This document shows positions 1-8,755 of a stretch of DNA of 57,381 bases, one piece after another (within the stretch, counting starts at the first letter, position 1; each line of letters opens with the position of its first letter). Under the pieces are notes generated by a model that ran no database searches, was not told the DNA's origin, and was given only the letters and a program-made list of their open reading frames with translations. The DNA is taken from positions 1 through 57,381 of IMG/VR virus record IMGVR_UViG_3300042896_000260; one strand, written 5' to 3'. Position numbers and translations under genes: made by a program. The stretch is from a virus (taxonomy: Duplodnaviria > Caudoviricetes).

Positions 1-149
1 AGGAATTCGACCCCAAGCGGGACTACATCGCCCCGAGCGGATCACCCATCATCACCGGTATCGTGTTCGCTATCGCACGAGAGAAGACGACGATCTTCAA
101 CGTGCTGAAGTGGAACTCGCGTGATTCGGCGTATACCTGCGCCACCATT
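1..149. repeat. Terminal direct repeat (left copy); circular overlap with 57233-57381
   Basis: 1-149 matches 57233-57381 except at positions 5 (A/G) and 23 (C/T); the overlap lies inside a CDS. Confidence 0.95.
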
Positions 150-179
150 GACATTTCGGAGAATAGCCTTGTCTACTGA
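1..179 (+). CDS. 3' part of a hypothetical protein that starts at 57070 and wraps around the circle
   Basis: Codons from base 3 read EFDPKRDYIAPSGSPIITGIVF...ENSLVY then TGA at 177-179, continuing the ORF that begins at 57070. Confidence 0.8.
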   Translation, partial: EFDPKRDYIAPSGSPIITGIVFAIAREKTTIFNVLKWNSRDSAYTCATIDISENSLVY

Positions 180-600
180 GAACGAATACAGCCAATACGA
201 CGGCATGACATTGGTGCAGCTTATCGAGGAGATGAGCCGCGTGCAGAAGGCCAAGGAATCTCTGGAGGATAACCTCAAGGGGCTGAACAAGGTGTTCGAT
301 TACCTGCGGATCACGAAGGTGCCCGCCAAGATGGAAGAGGATGGCGTGGACCGCATCACGGTGGCCGGCGTTGGGCGCGTGTCGCTCACTGCGGATATGC
401 ACGTGTCGGTGAAGGCCGACATGAAAGATAAGTTCTATGAGTGGCTGCGCGACAACGGGCGTGGCGACTTGCTGCAAGAGACAGTCAACGCCTCGACGCT
501 GAAGGCAGCGGTCAAGGGCATGTACAAGAACGGTGAAGAGATTCCCGACGACATGTTGAATGTATCGCCCTTCACCCGTGCCTCGATCACGAAGGCATAA
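169..600 (+). CDS. Phage replication-region hypothetical protein (coiled-coil; commonly precedes the SSB/annealing gene)
   Basis: ORF 121..600; more likely start is TTG at 169 after GGAGA; motif EWLRDNGRGDLLQETVNASTLKA. Confidence 0.7.
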   Translation: MSTENEYSQYDGMTLVQLIEEMSRVQKAKESLEDNLKGLNKVFDYLRITKVPAKMEEDGVDRITVAGVGRVSLTADMHVSVKADMKDKFYEWLRDNGRGDLLQETVNASTLKAAVKGMYKNGEEIPDDMLNVSPFTRASITKA

Positions 601-626
601 CAGAATTCGGCGAGAGCCGGATACCC

Positions 627-649
627 GGCGCACGACGTGCGTCTTTTTT
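627..649 (+). terminator. Putative intrinsic terminator
   Basis: GCGCAC-gac-GTGCGT hairpin followed by a T6 run. Confidence 0.45.
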
Positions 650-668
650 AACCAACTGGAGCATTTAA

Positions 669-1418
669 ATGGCAAAGACGAATCTGGCAGTCAAGGAAGC
701 TGAACAGTTCGAACTGGTAACTAACGAGGCACCGGAGTGGCTCAAGCAGGGCGCGGCACGGGGCGCGGAGAATGTCGGCACTGACGACATGATCATCCCC
801 CGGATCGAGCTCGTGCAGGCGCTGTCCCCGGCACGTAACAAGAAGGACGCGGCCTACATCGAGGGCGCGGAAGAGGGCATGCTCTTCAACAACGTCACGC
901 GCGAACTCTACGGCGAAGCGGTGACGGTGGTGCCGGTGTACTACACCAAGCAGTTCCTGATCTGGAAGGACCGCAAGCAGGGTGGTGGCGGCAGCAACGG
1001 CTTCCGTGGCGCGTTCGCGACCCGGGAACTCGCCGAGGCCGAGATCGCTCGACTGGGCGAGGACGGCCTGGAGGCTACCGACACGGCTCAGCACTTCGTG
1101 CTCGTCCGCAGCGGCGACGGGTGGACTGAAGCGGTGCTGTCGATGGCCAAGTCCAAGATGAAGGTGAGCAAGCGTTGGAATTCGCTGATTCGGATGTCGA
1201 ACACGGACTCTTTCGCACGTGCCTATAAGCTCTCCTCGGTCACCGAGACTAACGCCCGCAACGAATCGTACTTCAACTACAACGTGACCCCTCTGGGCTA
1301 CGTTGCCAAGGAGATCTACGAGCGTGCCGAGAAACTGTACGAGACGATCCGTTCGGGCAACGTCAAGGTCAGCAATGACTACGATTCCGAGCCTGTCGTT
1401 GCCGACAGCGAGTATTGA
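669..1418 (+). CDS. Putative ssDNA-binding/annealing protein
   Basis: DDMIIPRIELVQALSP motif typical of phage SSB-like proteins in PolA replication modules; acidic C-terminus; GGAG RBS. Confidence 0.55.
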   Translation: MAKTNLAVKEAEQFELVTNEAPEWLKQGAARGAENVGTDDMIIPRIELVQALSPARNKKDAAYIEGAEEGMLFNNVTRELYGEAVTVVPVYYTKQFLIWKDRKQGGGGSNGFRGAFATRELAEAEIARLGEDGLEATDTAQHFVLVRSGDGWTEAVLSMAKSKMKVSKRWNSLIRMSNTDSFARAYKLSSVTETNARNESYFNYNVTPLGYVAKEIYERAEKLYETIRSGNVKVSNDYDSEPVVADSEY

Positions 1419-1468
1419 TGTGACCCGGGGCCGTGCCGTCTGGTGCGGCCCCTCTACCGGAGACCAAA

Positions 1469-1759
1469 ATGGCTACCAAAAAGAGCGAAGCGGCTGCGCT
1501 GCAGGATGATTTTAAAGAAATGCCGAGCACGATGCCCGAGCCGGTCGCACCACCGCCCGTAGTGTATCATCCTCTGTCCGGGGACCAAGAGCGTCGCGTC
1601 GCGAAGGTCAAGGCCGATTTCAATGAATTGATCGGGTATATCAAGACCCTGCGCGATTCGGTGCACGACGCCGAGACGCAGCGTATGTATTCCGTCGCCG
1701 TCACCAACGCTGAGACCGCCAGTATGTGGGCAGTCAAGGCCATCACGCACCAGGGCTGA
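1469..1759 (+). CDS. Acb2/Tad1-like helical hairpin protein (candidate cyclic-nucleotide sponge)
   Basis: YHPLSGDQ...R-MYSVAVTNAETASMWAVKAIT resembles the YHxP...RxxSLAxTxLExAxMWAxKAI pattern; GGAG RBS before ATG 1469. Confidence 0.6.
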   Translation: MATKKSEAAALQDDFKEMPSTMPEPVAPPPVVYHPLSGDQERRVAKVKADFNELIGYIKTLRDSVHDAETQRMYSVAVTNAETASMWAVKAITHQG

Positions 1760-3174
1760 TGAGAGTCGAGGCCATCTACGGGCCTCCCGGCACGGGCAAG
1801 ACCACGGAGTTACTGCGTCGAGTGAAGCACACCCGGGACACCGGGGTGCAAGCCGAGCGCATCGCTTTCGTGTCCTTCACCCGTGCTGCGGCGAGCGAGG
1901 CGCTGTCGCGTCTTGGGCTCAAGCGGTCGAATAACGTGAGCACGATCCACGCGATGGCGTTCAGGCATCTGGGTCTGAGGCAAATGCAGGTGGTCGATCA
2001 CGTTAAACTCAAGGAATTCGCGAAGGCGGTGGGAGTGCCGATCATCGGCAAGTCACCAGAAGACGACGAGGAGCGTGCAGATGGGGATTTCTACCTCGAC
2101 CTACTCAACTACGCACGAAGCACATTCAGCGTACCAGAGGAGGTCTACGACGTCTCGGACCGACCGGGCACGAGATCAGAATTCGGGATGTTCGTTCGGG
2201 CGTACGCTGAGTGGAAACGTACATACGGCTATTACGACTTCACCGACATGTTGGAGAGAGCGGCGAAAGGTGGTATCCGTGCGGATGCCGAAGTCGTATT
2301 CGTCGACGAGGCTCAAGACTTATCACCTCTTCAGTGGGCTGTTGTCGACAAGATCTGCAAGCGTGCACACGAAGTGCATCTCGCGGGCGACGACGATCAG
2401 GCCATCTACACGTGGTCAGGAGCAGATCCTCACGGTATGGCACGATTCACGGACCGGCACAAGGGTCATAGCCACGTTCTGTCGCTCTCGCATCGACTTC
2501 CTGTTGCAGTCCACGAAAGATCTCAAGCGCTCATCAATCGAGTCATGCTCCGAGTGGATAAGGAATTCAGTTCCAAAGGACATCTGGGACTGGTCCGCCT
2601 ACACGGTTCGATCAACTCGGTGGATATCCGCCACGGGCAAGATACGCTACTTCTGGGACGGACGCATTCGGTCCTGCGCGAAGTTGAGCAATTGCTCATC
2701 GAAAGGCGTGTTCCATATTCCCGCGAATCCGGTCGCCCCGGTATGTATCAGAACAAGTACGCCGCCGGAGTCCGTGCCTTTAATAAGCTCAAGCGCGGGG
2801 GCCACATTACAGACGGAGAGCGTAACGCTATTTACAACATTGCCACTACCGACGCACTTAAACGAATGGACGACGGTGACTACAAGTACCTCATCGACCG
2901 CCCCTTCTACGTCTGCCTCAACGTCCCCGCCCGAGCCGTTGACTTTTACGCGGATGCTGACCTTGATGCGGAGCCTACTATACGCCTTTCTACTATCCAT
3001 GCTTCTAAGGGTCACGAAGCGGATCAAGTGATCCTGCTGACCGACATGACGACGCGTGTGCAGCAGACAGCGGACAAACACCCGGACGACGAGATTCGGG
3101 TGTTCTACGTCGGCATGACGCGCAGCAAGAACATTCTCGACATAGTGGAGGGCTATAACGGATTCAAACTGTAG
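1759..3174 (+). CDS. UvrD/Rep-like superfamily 1 DNA helicase
   Basis: GPPGTGKT (Walker A), VDEAQD (Walker B), [23 protein letters not shown]; ATG overlaps the upstream TGA. Confidence 0.92.
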   Translation: MRVEAIYGPPGTGKTTELLRRVKHTRDTGVQAERIAFVSFTRAAASEALSRLGLKRSNNVSTIHAMAFRHLGLRQMQVVDHVKLKEFAKAVGVPIIGKSPEDDEERADGDFYLDLLNYARSTFSVPEEVYDVSDRPGTRSEFGMFVRAYAEWKRTYGYYDFTDMLERAAKGGIRADAEVVFVDEAQDLSPLQWAVVDKICKRAHEVHLAGDDDQAIYTWSGADPHGMARFTDRHKGHSHVLSLSHRLPVAVHERSQALINRVMLRVDKEFSSKGHLGLVRLHGSINSVDIRHGQDTLLLGRTHSVLREVEQLLIERRVPYSRESGRPGMYQNKYAAGVRAFNKLKRGGHITDGERNAIYNIATTDALKRMDDGDYKYLIDRPFYVCLNVPARAVDFYADADLDAEPTIRLSTIHASKGHEADQVILLTDMTTRVQQTADKHPDDEIRVFYVGMTRSKNILDIVEGYNGFKL

Positions 3175-3177
3175 ACA

Positions 3178-3206
3178 TTGATGTATTATTCCACCCGTGG
3201 TATACT
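3178..3206 (+). promoter_or_regulatory. Sigma70-like promoter with CACCCGTG box, upstream of ssb-dpoZ-purZ
   Basis: TTGATG-17 bp-TATACT with extended -10 TG; ATAGAGGAC RBS at 3222-3230. Confidence 0.7.
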
Positions 3207-3233
3207 TATACCGTCACTGACATAGAGGACCAA

Positions 3234-3503
3234 ATGAGCAAGCAATACGACAACACCAATTCCGGTATCCTCGCGCGTAACGAGCGCAAGGAGAAGGATA
3301 CCCACCCCGACTTCACGGGGTCGATCAACGTTGGGGGCACCGAATACTGGCTGTCTGCCTGGGTGAACGAGGGCCGTCCTGGCACGAAGTTCGAGGGCCG
3401 CAAGTACTTTTCGATCAAGGTCAATCCGAAGGATCAGGGTGGTGCTTCCCGGCCCGCGCCGCCCAGGGGCGACACGTACGTCGACGAAGACATCCCATTC
3501 TGA
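3234..3503 (+). CDS. Small SSB-like protein (DUF736-like)
   Basis: [25 protein letters not shown] and an SSB-type acidic tail EDIPF. Confidence 0.7.
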   Translation: MSKQYDNTNSGILARNERKEKDTHPDFTGSINVGGTEYWLSAWVNEGRPGTKFEGRKYFSIKVNPKDQGGASRPAPPRGDTYVDEDIPF

Positions 3504-5341
3504 TGACTGCCTTCCCGCGCATTGACCGCGTGCCTTACGTGGTCATCGACACGGAGACCACCGGGCTGTCGTGGTGGAAGGACCGAGTATTCGGGATTTC
3601 CATCGCTCTGCCCGGGGGCGACTCCCTGTACTGGGACATCCGCACCGACCCGCAGGTCATCCAGTGGCTCAACGATCTGGCTAAGGACGACCGCGTGGGC
3701 GTGTGGGTGGGGCACAACCTCAAATTCGACTACCACTTCCTGCGCGAGGCCGGATTCGAGATGCCGCGCGACAAGATCGACTGCACGATGGTGCGGGGCG
3801 CTCTGATCAACGAGCACGAGCCGTCCTACTCGCTCGATTTCCTGGCCCGCAAGTATGCTAAGCAGCAGAAGGACGAGGAGATCTACGAGGAGATGGCGAA
3901 GCTCTTTGGCGGTCGGCCTACCCGGTCGGCCCAGATGCCGAACATCTCGCGTGCCCCGGTGCACGTCGTCGCGAAATACGCCAAGCAGGACGTGATCGCC
4001 ACTCAGGCGCTGTACGAATGGCAGCAGGGCGAGATCGAGCGGCAGGGTCTGCACAAGGTGCACGGTTTCGAGCGTCGGCTCATGCCGGTGATCATCGACA
4101 TGGAGACCGAGGGCGTGGAGGTCGATGTGGAACTGGCCGAGAAGGCCGTTCGTGGCCTCACGGAGCGCATCGACACGATGCAGGGCGATCTCAATACCCT
4201 CGCGGGCTTCGAGGTCAACCCGAACCCCTCCGGATCGATCACGGACCTATTCAAGCCGACACTGGGCGACGATAACGAGTGGTATCTGGTTGACGGCACC
4301 AAGGCCGACAAGACCGAGGGCGGCAAGGCGTCCATCAACGCTGAGTGTCTGCGTCGCATGAAGCATCCCGCTGCCAAGATGATCTTGGACCTGCGCAAGA
4401 TGCTCAAGACGCGTGACACGTTCCTGTCCGGCCACATCCTGGGGCATCAGCATGACGGAATCATCCACTGTAATTACAATCAGACGAAGAATGATAGCGA
4501 GGCTGGCACGGGTACCGGGCGCTTATCTATTACAAATCCCGCTCTTCAGCAGATACCATCTCGAGACGTGGCAATCAAGTCCCTGGTTAGGCCCATTTTC
4601 AAGGCTGATCTGGGAGCGAAGTGGTTGGGCATGGATTGGTCCCAGTTTGAATTCCGAGTGGCTAATCATTACGGTCAGGTGCCCGCGATTCTGAAGGCGT
4701 ACCACGACAATCCGAATCTCGATTTCCACCAACTGGTGAGCGATATGACCGGGATTCCGCGAAATGCGCAGTACGCGGGCGGGCCGTCTTCCAAGGCGAT
4801 CAATCTCGGGCTCGCGTTCAACATGGGGTCGGGGCGACTGGCGCAGGAGTGCGGGCTACCATACACCGAAGAGGAGGGGCCGAATGGCAACGTCTACCTC
4901 AAGGCGGGGCCAGAGGCGATGGCGCTGTTCGAGAAGTACCACGCCGCCAATCCCGGAATGCGCAACACCGCGCAGAAGGCGAGCAGTATCGCCAAGGAGC
5001 GTGGCTACGTGCATTCGGCGATGGGACGGCACATCCGATTCCCAGGTGGGCAGTTTGTGCACAAGGCGTCGGGCTTGATCTATCAGGCCACGTCTGCTGA
5101 CTGCATGAAGCAGAAGCTCATCGAACTGGATGCGTATTTGAAGGAACATCAGTGCGGGCGGCTGCTGCTGACCGTGCACGACGAGGTGGGTATCTCCCTG
5201 GACAACGACTCGGTGCATCACGCGGAGGAAATCGCGCGGATCTACACGACGTTCGATGGCCGCGAGTGCCCGATAGCATTGCGGGTTCCGATCACGTGTG
5301 ATTGGGGCCTTGGTGATAACTGGTTAGAGGCGAAGGGTTAA
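3503..5341 (+). CDS. dpoZ: Family A DNA polymerase with 3'-5' exonuclease, DpoZ type
   Basis: Exo DTET and HNLKFD; TGRLS; motif A DWSQFEFR; atypical motif B KAINLGLAFNMG; ASGLIYQ; motif C TVHDE; directly upstream of purZ. Confidence 0.8.
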   Translation: MTAFPRIDRVPYVVIDTETTGLSWWKDRVFGISIALPGGDSLYWDIRTDPQVIQWLNDLAKDDRVGVWVGHNLKFDYHFLREAGFEMPRDKIDCTMVRGALINEHEPSYSLDFLARKYAKQQKDEEIYEEMAKLFGGRPTRSAQMPNISRAPVHVVAKYAKQDVIATQALYEWQQGEIERQGLHKVHGFERRLMPVIIDMETEGVEVDVELAEKAVRGLTERIDTMQGDLNTLAGFEVNPNPSGSITDLFKPTLGDDNEWYLVDGTKADKTEGGKASINAECLRRMKHPAAKMILDLRKMLKTRDTFLSGHILGHQHDGIIHCNYNQTKNDSEAGTGTGRLSITNPALQQIPSRDVAIKSLVRPIFKADLGAKWLGMDWSQFEFRVANHYGQVPAILKAYHDNPNLDFHQLVSDMTGIPRNAQYAGGPSSKAINLGLAFNMGSGRLAQECGLPYTEEEGPNGNVYLKAGPEAMALFEKYHAANPGMRNTAQKASSIAKERGYVHSAMGRHIRFPGGQFVHKASGLIYQATSADCMKQKLIELDAYLKEHQCGRLLLTVHDEVGISLDNDSVHHAEEIARIYTTFDGRECPIALRVPITCDWGLGDNWLEAKG

Positions 5342-5342
5342 T

Positions 5343-6455
5343 ATGGACAAATTAGACGTGGTGGTGGATCTGCAATACGGTAGCACCGGCAAGGGATTGA
5401 TCGTCGGCTATCTGGCCGAAAATGGCCCGTACGACACCGTGGTCACAGCGTGGGCACCAAATGCGGGGCACACCTACATCGACAAGAAGGGGCGCAAATT
5501 CGTGCACACGCATCTGGCCAACGGCATCGTAGGCCCCGCAGTGCGCAAGGTCATGCTCGGCCCGGGCTCGCTGATCAACCCGCTGAGCCTGATGGCTGAG
5601 ATCTGGGAATGCGAGGACGTGGTCAAGAGCAAGGGCATCCGCATCATGATCCACCCGCACGCGGCGGTCGTGACTCAGCGGCATATCGACGAGGAAGCTG
5701 GCCCGATGACCAAGATCGGCTCGACCAAGAAGGGTGTGGGTGCTGCCATGATTCAGCGCATCCGGCGCGACCCGGACGACACGAATATCGCCGCGAACTG
5801 CGCAGCGCTGAAGGAATGGGTAGTGACCGTGGACGAGTACCGCCGGGAATTGAAGGATTCCGAGTACGTCCTGGTGGAGGGTGCCCAGGGCTACGGGCTG
5901 TCGATGTATCATGGGTTCTACCCGTACACCACCTCGCGTGACGTGTCGCTCTGGCAGATCCTCGCAGACTCCGGCATTCAGGCAGCGGACGTGCTCGACA
6001 AGTACAAGATGACCAAGGTCCGCGCCATCGGCACCTGCCGCACCTTCCCGATCCGCGTGGCGAACCGATTCGATGAGAATGGCACCCAGGTGGGCTACTC
6101 CGGCCCGTGCTACGACGACCAGTGCGAGATCACATTCGAGGACATTGGACAAAAGACCGAACTCACGACGGTGACCAAGCTGCCCCGCCGGATCTTCACG
6201 TTCAGCGGCAAGCAGATCAAGGAAGCGATCGACCACAACGCCGTGTACGAGGTGTTCCTGAACTTCGTGAATTACGTGCGCACCGAGACCGAACTCATCG
6301 ACATCGTGCAGCGCATCGAGCGCAAGGACACCCAGGTGCGTTGGATCGGCACCGGCCCCGCTCACAAGGACGTGCACGAGATTAATGGGGATCGCGCCCA
6401 GCGTATGCAAAAGATCGTATCTGTCTGGAAGGAATGTAAAAATGCTGCTGCCTGA
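5343..6455 (+). CDS. purZ: N6-succino-2-amino-2'-deoxyadenylate synthase PurZ
   Basis: PurA-fold protein with QYGSTGKG in place of GDEGKG, plus NAGHT, EGAQG, YPYTTSR, RTFPIRV, TTVTKLPRRIF and FLNFVNY (NFxN, ATP-using type). Confidence 0.93.
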   Translation: MDKLDVVVDLQYGSTGKGLIVGYLAENGPYDTVVTAWAPNAGHTYIDKKGRKFVHTHLANGIVGPAVRKVMLGPGSLINPLSLMAEIWECEDVVKSKGIRIMIHPHAAVVTQRHIDEEAGPMTKIGSTKKGVGAAMIQRIRRDPDDTNIAANCAALKEWVVTVDEYRRELKDSEYVLVEGAQGYGLSMYHGFYPYTTSRDVSLWQILADSGIQAADVLDKYKMTKVRAIGTCRTFPIRVANRFDENGTQVGYSGPCYDDQCEITFEDIGQKTELTTVTKLPRRIFTFSGKQIKEAIDHNAVYEVFLNFVNYVRTETELIDIVQRIERKDTQVRWIGTGPAHKDVHEINGDRAQRMQKIVSVWKECKNAAA

Positions 6456-6936
6456 ATCCGAACTGCACACCGACGAGATGAACGACCTGCCGTGGTCGCT
6501 CCATCCGGAGAATAACGCCATGATACTCGATGCGAAAGGCTCGCCCGTCGCGTCGTTCGAGGTGCGCAACCCGTACCGTGGCGTGATGGGCAACTGCGAC
6601 AAGAACGCCGACCTCGCGGTGCGGGCGGTGAACGCCTACAAGAAGCGCGGTGGTGCCGACATCCGGCAACTGCAGGAGCGGATCACCAAGTGGGCCGACG
6701 CGAAGTTCCCGAATCGCACGACCGCCGACATTCTGCTCAAGCTTTACGAGGAACTTGGCGAGTACGCGCGTGACCCGAAATCCTCGCTCGAACTGGGCGA
6801 CGTGTTCATCCTGCTGCTCGACGTGGCGCACCGCAACGGCATCGACATCCACCGGGCGGTCGAGGAGAAGATGGAGATCAACGAGTCCCGCCAGTGGCGG
6901 GTGGACGAGAACACTCGAATCATGAGGCACGTATGA
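6442..6936 (+). CDS. mazZ: MazZ-like (MazG/DUF550-type) dGTP/dATP pyrophosphohydrolase with an extra N-terminal domain
   Basis: C-terminal WADAKFP...KLYEELGE...ELGDVFILLLD...KMEINESRQW is the MazG-like ExxE/ExxD pattern; overlaps the purZ stop. Confidence 0.78.
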   Translation: MLLPESELHTDEMNDLPWSLHPENNAMILDAKGSPVASFEVRNPYRGVMGNCDKNADLAVRAVNAYKKRGGADIRQLQERITKWADAKFPNRTTADILLKLYEELGEYARDPKSSLELGDVFILLLDVAHRNGIDIHRAVEEKMEINESRQWRVDENTRIMRHV

Positions 6937-7139
6937 AAGATACTGCATTCAGCCACTGGTACGACACCATGTTCGGCAACGTCCTGGGCGCGGAGGACGA
7001 CGAGAATCGTAACGCGGTGCGAAAGATCTGGAATGGCGTGATTGAGCACGTCGCGCAGTCGGTGGAATTCAACAATTTCGAGCCGATCAGCGCGGAGGAG
7101 ATCGCCGCCCGTATTCGTATGATGAAGGAGCGTGCATAA
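6933..7139 (+). CDS. Hypothetical protein between mazZ and datZ
   Basis: 68-aa ORF, translationally coupled on both sides (ATGA and TAATG overlaps). Confidence 0.65.
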   Translation: MKDTAFSHWYDTMFGNVLGAEDDENRNAVRKIWNGVIEHVAQSVEFNNFEPISAEEIAARIRMMKERA

Positions 7140-7702
7140 TGGCACTCACGATCGCCGAGCAGATGCGGGCAAGCCACGTCACGCGGTGGCACATTGTGGC
7201 CACCTCGCGCAAGCAGTCGCTCGCTGAACACTTGTTCAACGTGTGCATTCTGTCGGTCGATTTGGCCGGTCGTGTCTACTGGCCCGGGATTCTGCACGAT
7301 TCGGAAAAGATGAAGCTCATGGATTACGCGCTCAGGCACGACCTGATCGAGGTCCGCACCGGCGACATCCCCACACCGTTCAAGAAGGTGCTCAAGGCGC
7401 TGATCGGCGCTGACGTCATGCACAGGGCCGAATCCGAGGTCGACAACGACCAATCAGGATTCTGCCGTTTGTACGCGGGCACCGACATCGAGCGCATCGT
7501 GAAGATGGCCGACATGATCGACGCGATCCAGTTCTGCACCGACACCGGTGTGGGGCTGCACGCAAAAGGCGTAATCGACGGTCTGCGCCAGGATTTCGAC
7601 GCGATGGTGAACCAGTACGAGAAAGAGTGCCCGCATTTGCGCATCCGCGAGGGGTGCCGGTCGATCTGTCGTGATCTCGGTGTCTGGGGAGGGATGCTAT
7701 GA
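7139..7702 (+). CDS. datZ: HD-domain dATP triphosphohydrolase DatZ
   Basis: RASHVTRWHIV, QSLAEH, HDLIEVRTGDIPTPFK, VKMAD; closely resembles S-2L DatZ motifs as recalled; lies in the purZ cluster. Confidence 0.85.
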   Translation: MALTIAEQMRASHVTRWHIVATSRKQSLAEHLFNVCILSVDLAGRVYWPGILHDSEKMKLMDYALRHDLIEVRTGDIPTPFKKVLKALIGADVMHRAESEVDNDQSGFCRLYAGTDIERIVKMADMIDAIQFCTDTGVGLHAKGVIDGLRQDFDAMVNQYEKECPHLRIREGCRSICRDLGVWGGML

Positions 7703-7923
7703 AGTGTGTACAATGCGGCGGTAGTACCAAGGTGATGACCACCTACAACAACGAGAATGGCAGCATCCGAAGGCGTCGCCGGTGCCTGGAGTGTGACTAT
7801 CGGTTCACCACCCGGGAGAAAGCCGACCCTCCCGAGGAACAACTGTATCCGTACGGGATTCGGGTTGACGGGTTACCCCACCCGTGTTATAATCGGGATT
7901 CCGAGGAACTTATAGAGGACTGA
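7699..7923 (+). CDS. NrdR-N-terminal-like zinc ribbon protein without ATP-cone
   Basis: MKCxxCG...TKV...IRRRRRCLECDYRFTTRE matches the NrdR Zn-ribbon pattern; only 74 aa. Confidence 0.75.
   Translation: MKCVQCGGSTKVMTTYNNENGSIRRRRRCLECDYRFTTREKADPPEEQLYPYGIRVDGLPHPCYNRDSEELIED
7865..7893 (+). promoter_or_regulatory. Sigma70-like promoter with CACCCGTG box, upstream of the deacetylase gene
   Basis: TTGACG-17 bp-TATAAT with extended -10; ATAGAGGAC RBS at 7912-7920. Confidence 0.78.
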
Positions 7924-7924
7924 C

Positions 7925-8755
7925 TTGACCCCGATTTTCTACACCCCCGCCCAGACCGCTGACCACGACTTCATCTCGGTCAGCAAGATCCCCGAGTTCG
8001 TGCGACAGGCCGACCGCAAGACCAACAGCGATATCGAGCCGCTGACCCCGACCGATCTGGCCCGGGCGCACGACCCCGATTTCGTGGACGACGTGCTTAC
8101 GTGCCGAGTCGCGAACGGATTCGGAAACAGGAATCCGGCGCTCACCGACACAACCCGCTACACGACCGGGAACATCGTCCGGGCGACCGAGTGGGTGATT
8201 CAGGAGGGCATGCTCGTGGCGTGCTCGGCCACACAGGGATTCCACCACGCACACTACGCTAGTTGCTACGGGTACTGCACGTTCAACGGCCTGATCCTGG
8301 CCGCGCGGCGTGCTGTCGATCTCCTGGGCTTGAGGGTGCTGATCATCGACGGCGACGGCCATGAGGGTGACGGCACCGACGACATCATCGACAAGACGGG
8401 TCTCTACCACGACGTAATCAACATCGACCGTCGACAACTGGCGCATGGTGTTCGCCCGACTTGGAACGCCCGGATGTGGATGCATTACTTCACCCATTTG
8501 ATCAATCTGCACGAGCCGGGTATAATACTATACCAAGCGGGGGCCGATGCCTGGGAAGAAGATCCGTACGGCGCGGGGTACCTGAGCAAAGAGGGGATGC
8601 GTGATCGCGATAGCGGGTTGTTCCAAGCCGCTGCAAATGCTGTGATCCCCGTGGTGTGGAACCTAGCCGGTGGGTACACCGATCCGATGCAGGGCACGAT
8701 CGACATCCATCTGCAAACGCTCCAAGTGAGCGACGAGGTGTACTATGGCCGGTAA
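7925..8755 (+). CDS. Histone deacetylase-family Zn-dependent amidohydrolase
   Basis: AHDPDFV, GFHHA, GYCTFN, IDGDGHEGDGT, YQAGAD and LAGGY motifs; TTG start after the phage RBS. Confidence 0.88.
   Translation: MTPIFYTPAQTADHDFISVSKIPEFVRQADRKTNSDIEPLTPTDLARAHDPDFVDDVLTCRVANGFGNRNPALTDTTRYTTGNIVRATEWVIQEGMLVACSATQGFHHAHYASCYGYCTFNGLILAARRAVDLLGLRVLIIDGDGHEGDGTDDIIDKTGLYHDVINIDRRQLAHGVRPTWNARMWMHYFTHLINLHEPGIILYQAGADAWEEDPYGAGYLSKEGMRDRDSGLFQAAANAVIPVVWNLAGGYTDPMQGTIDIHLQTLQVSDEVYYGR
8498..8526 (+). promoter_or_regulatory. Possible internal sigma70 promoter inside the HDAC gene, facing the 8745 gene
   Basis: TTGATC-17 bp-TATAAT. Confidence 0.45.

Noticed and set aside
1-149. Biological direct terminal repeat of the virion DNA
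   Set aside because: It falls inside a CDS far from the terminase region and looks like an assembly overlap; true termini cannot be determined here
5343-6455. Ordinary adenylosuccinate synthetase PurA as an auxiliary metabolic gene
   Set aside because: The catalytic GDEGKG is GSTGKG, the GTP-specifying TKxD is NFVN, and the neighbours are mazZ-, datZ- and dpoZ-like
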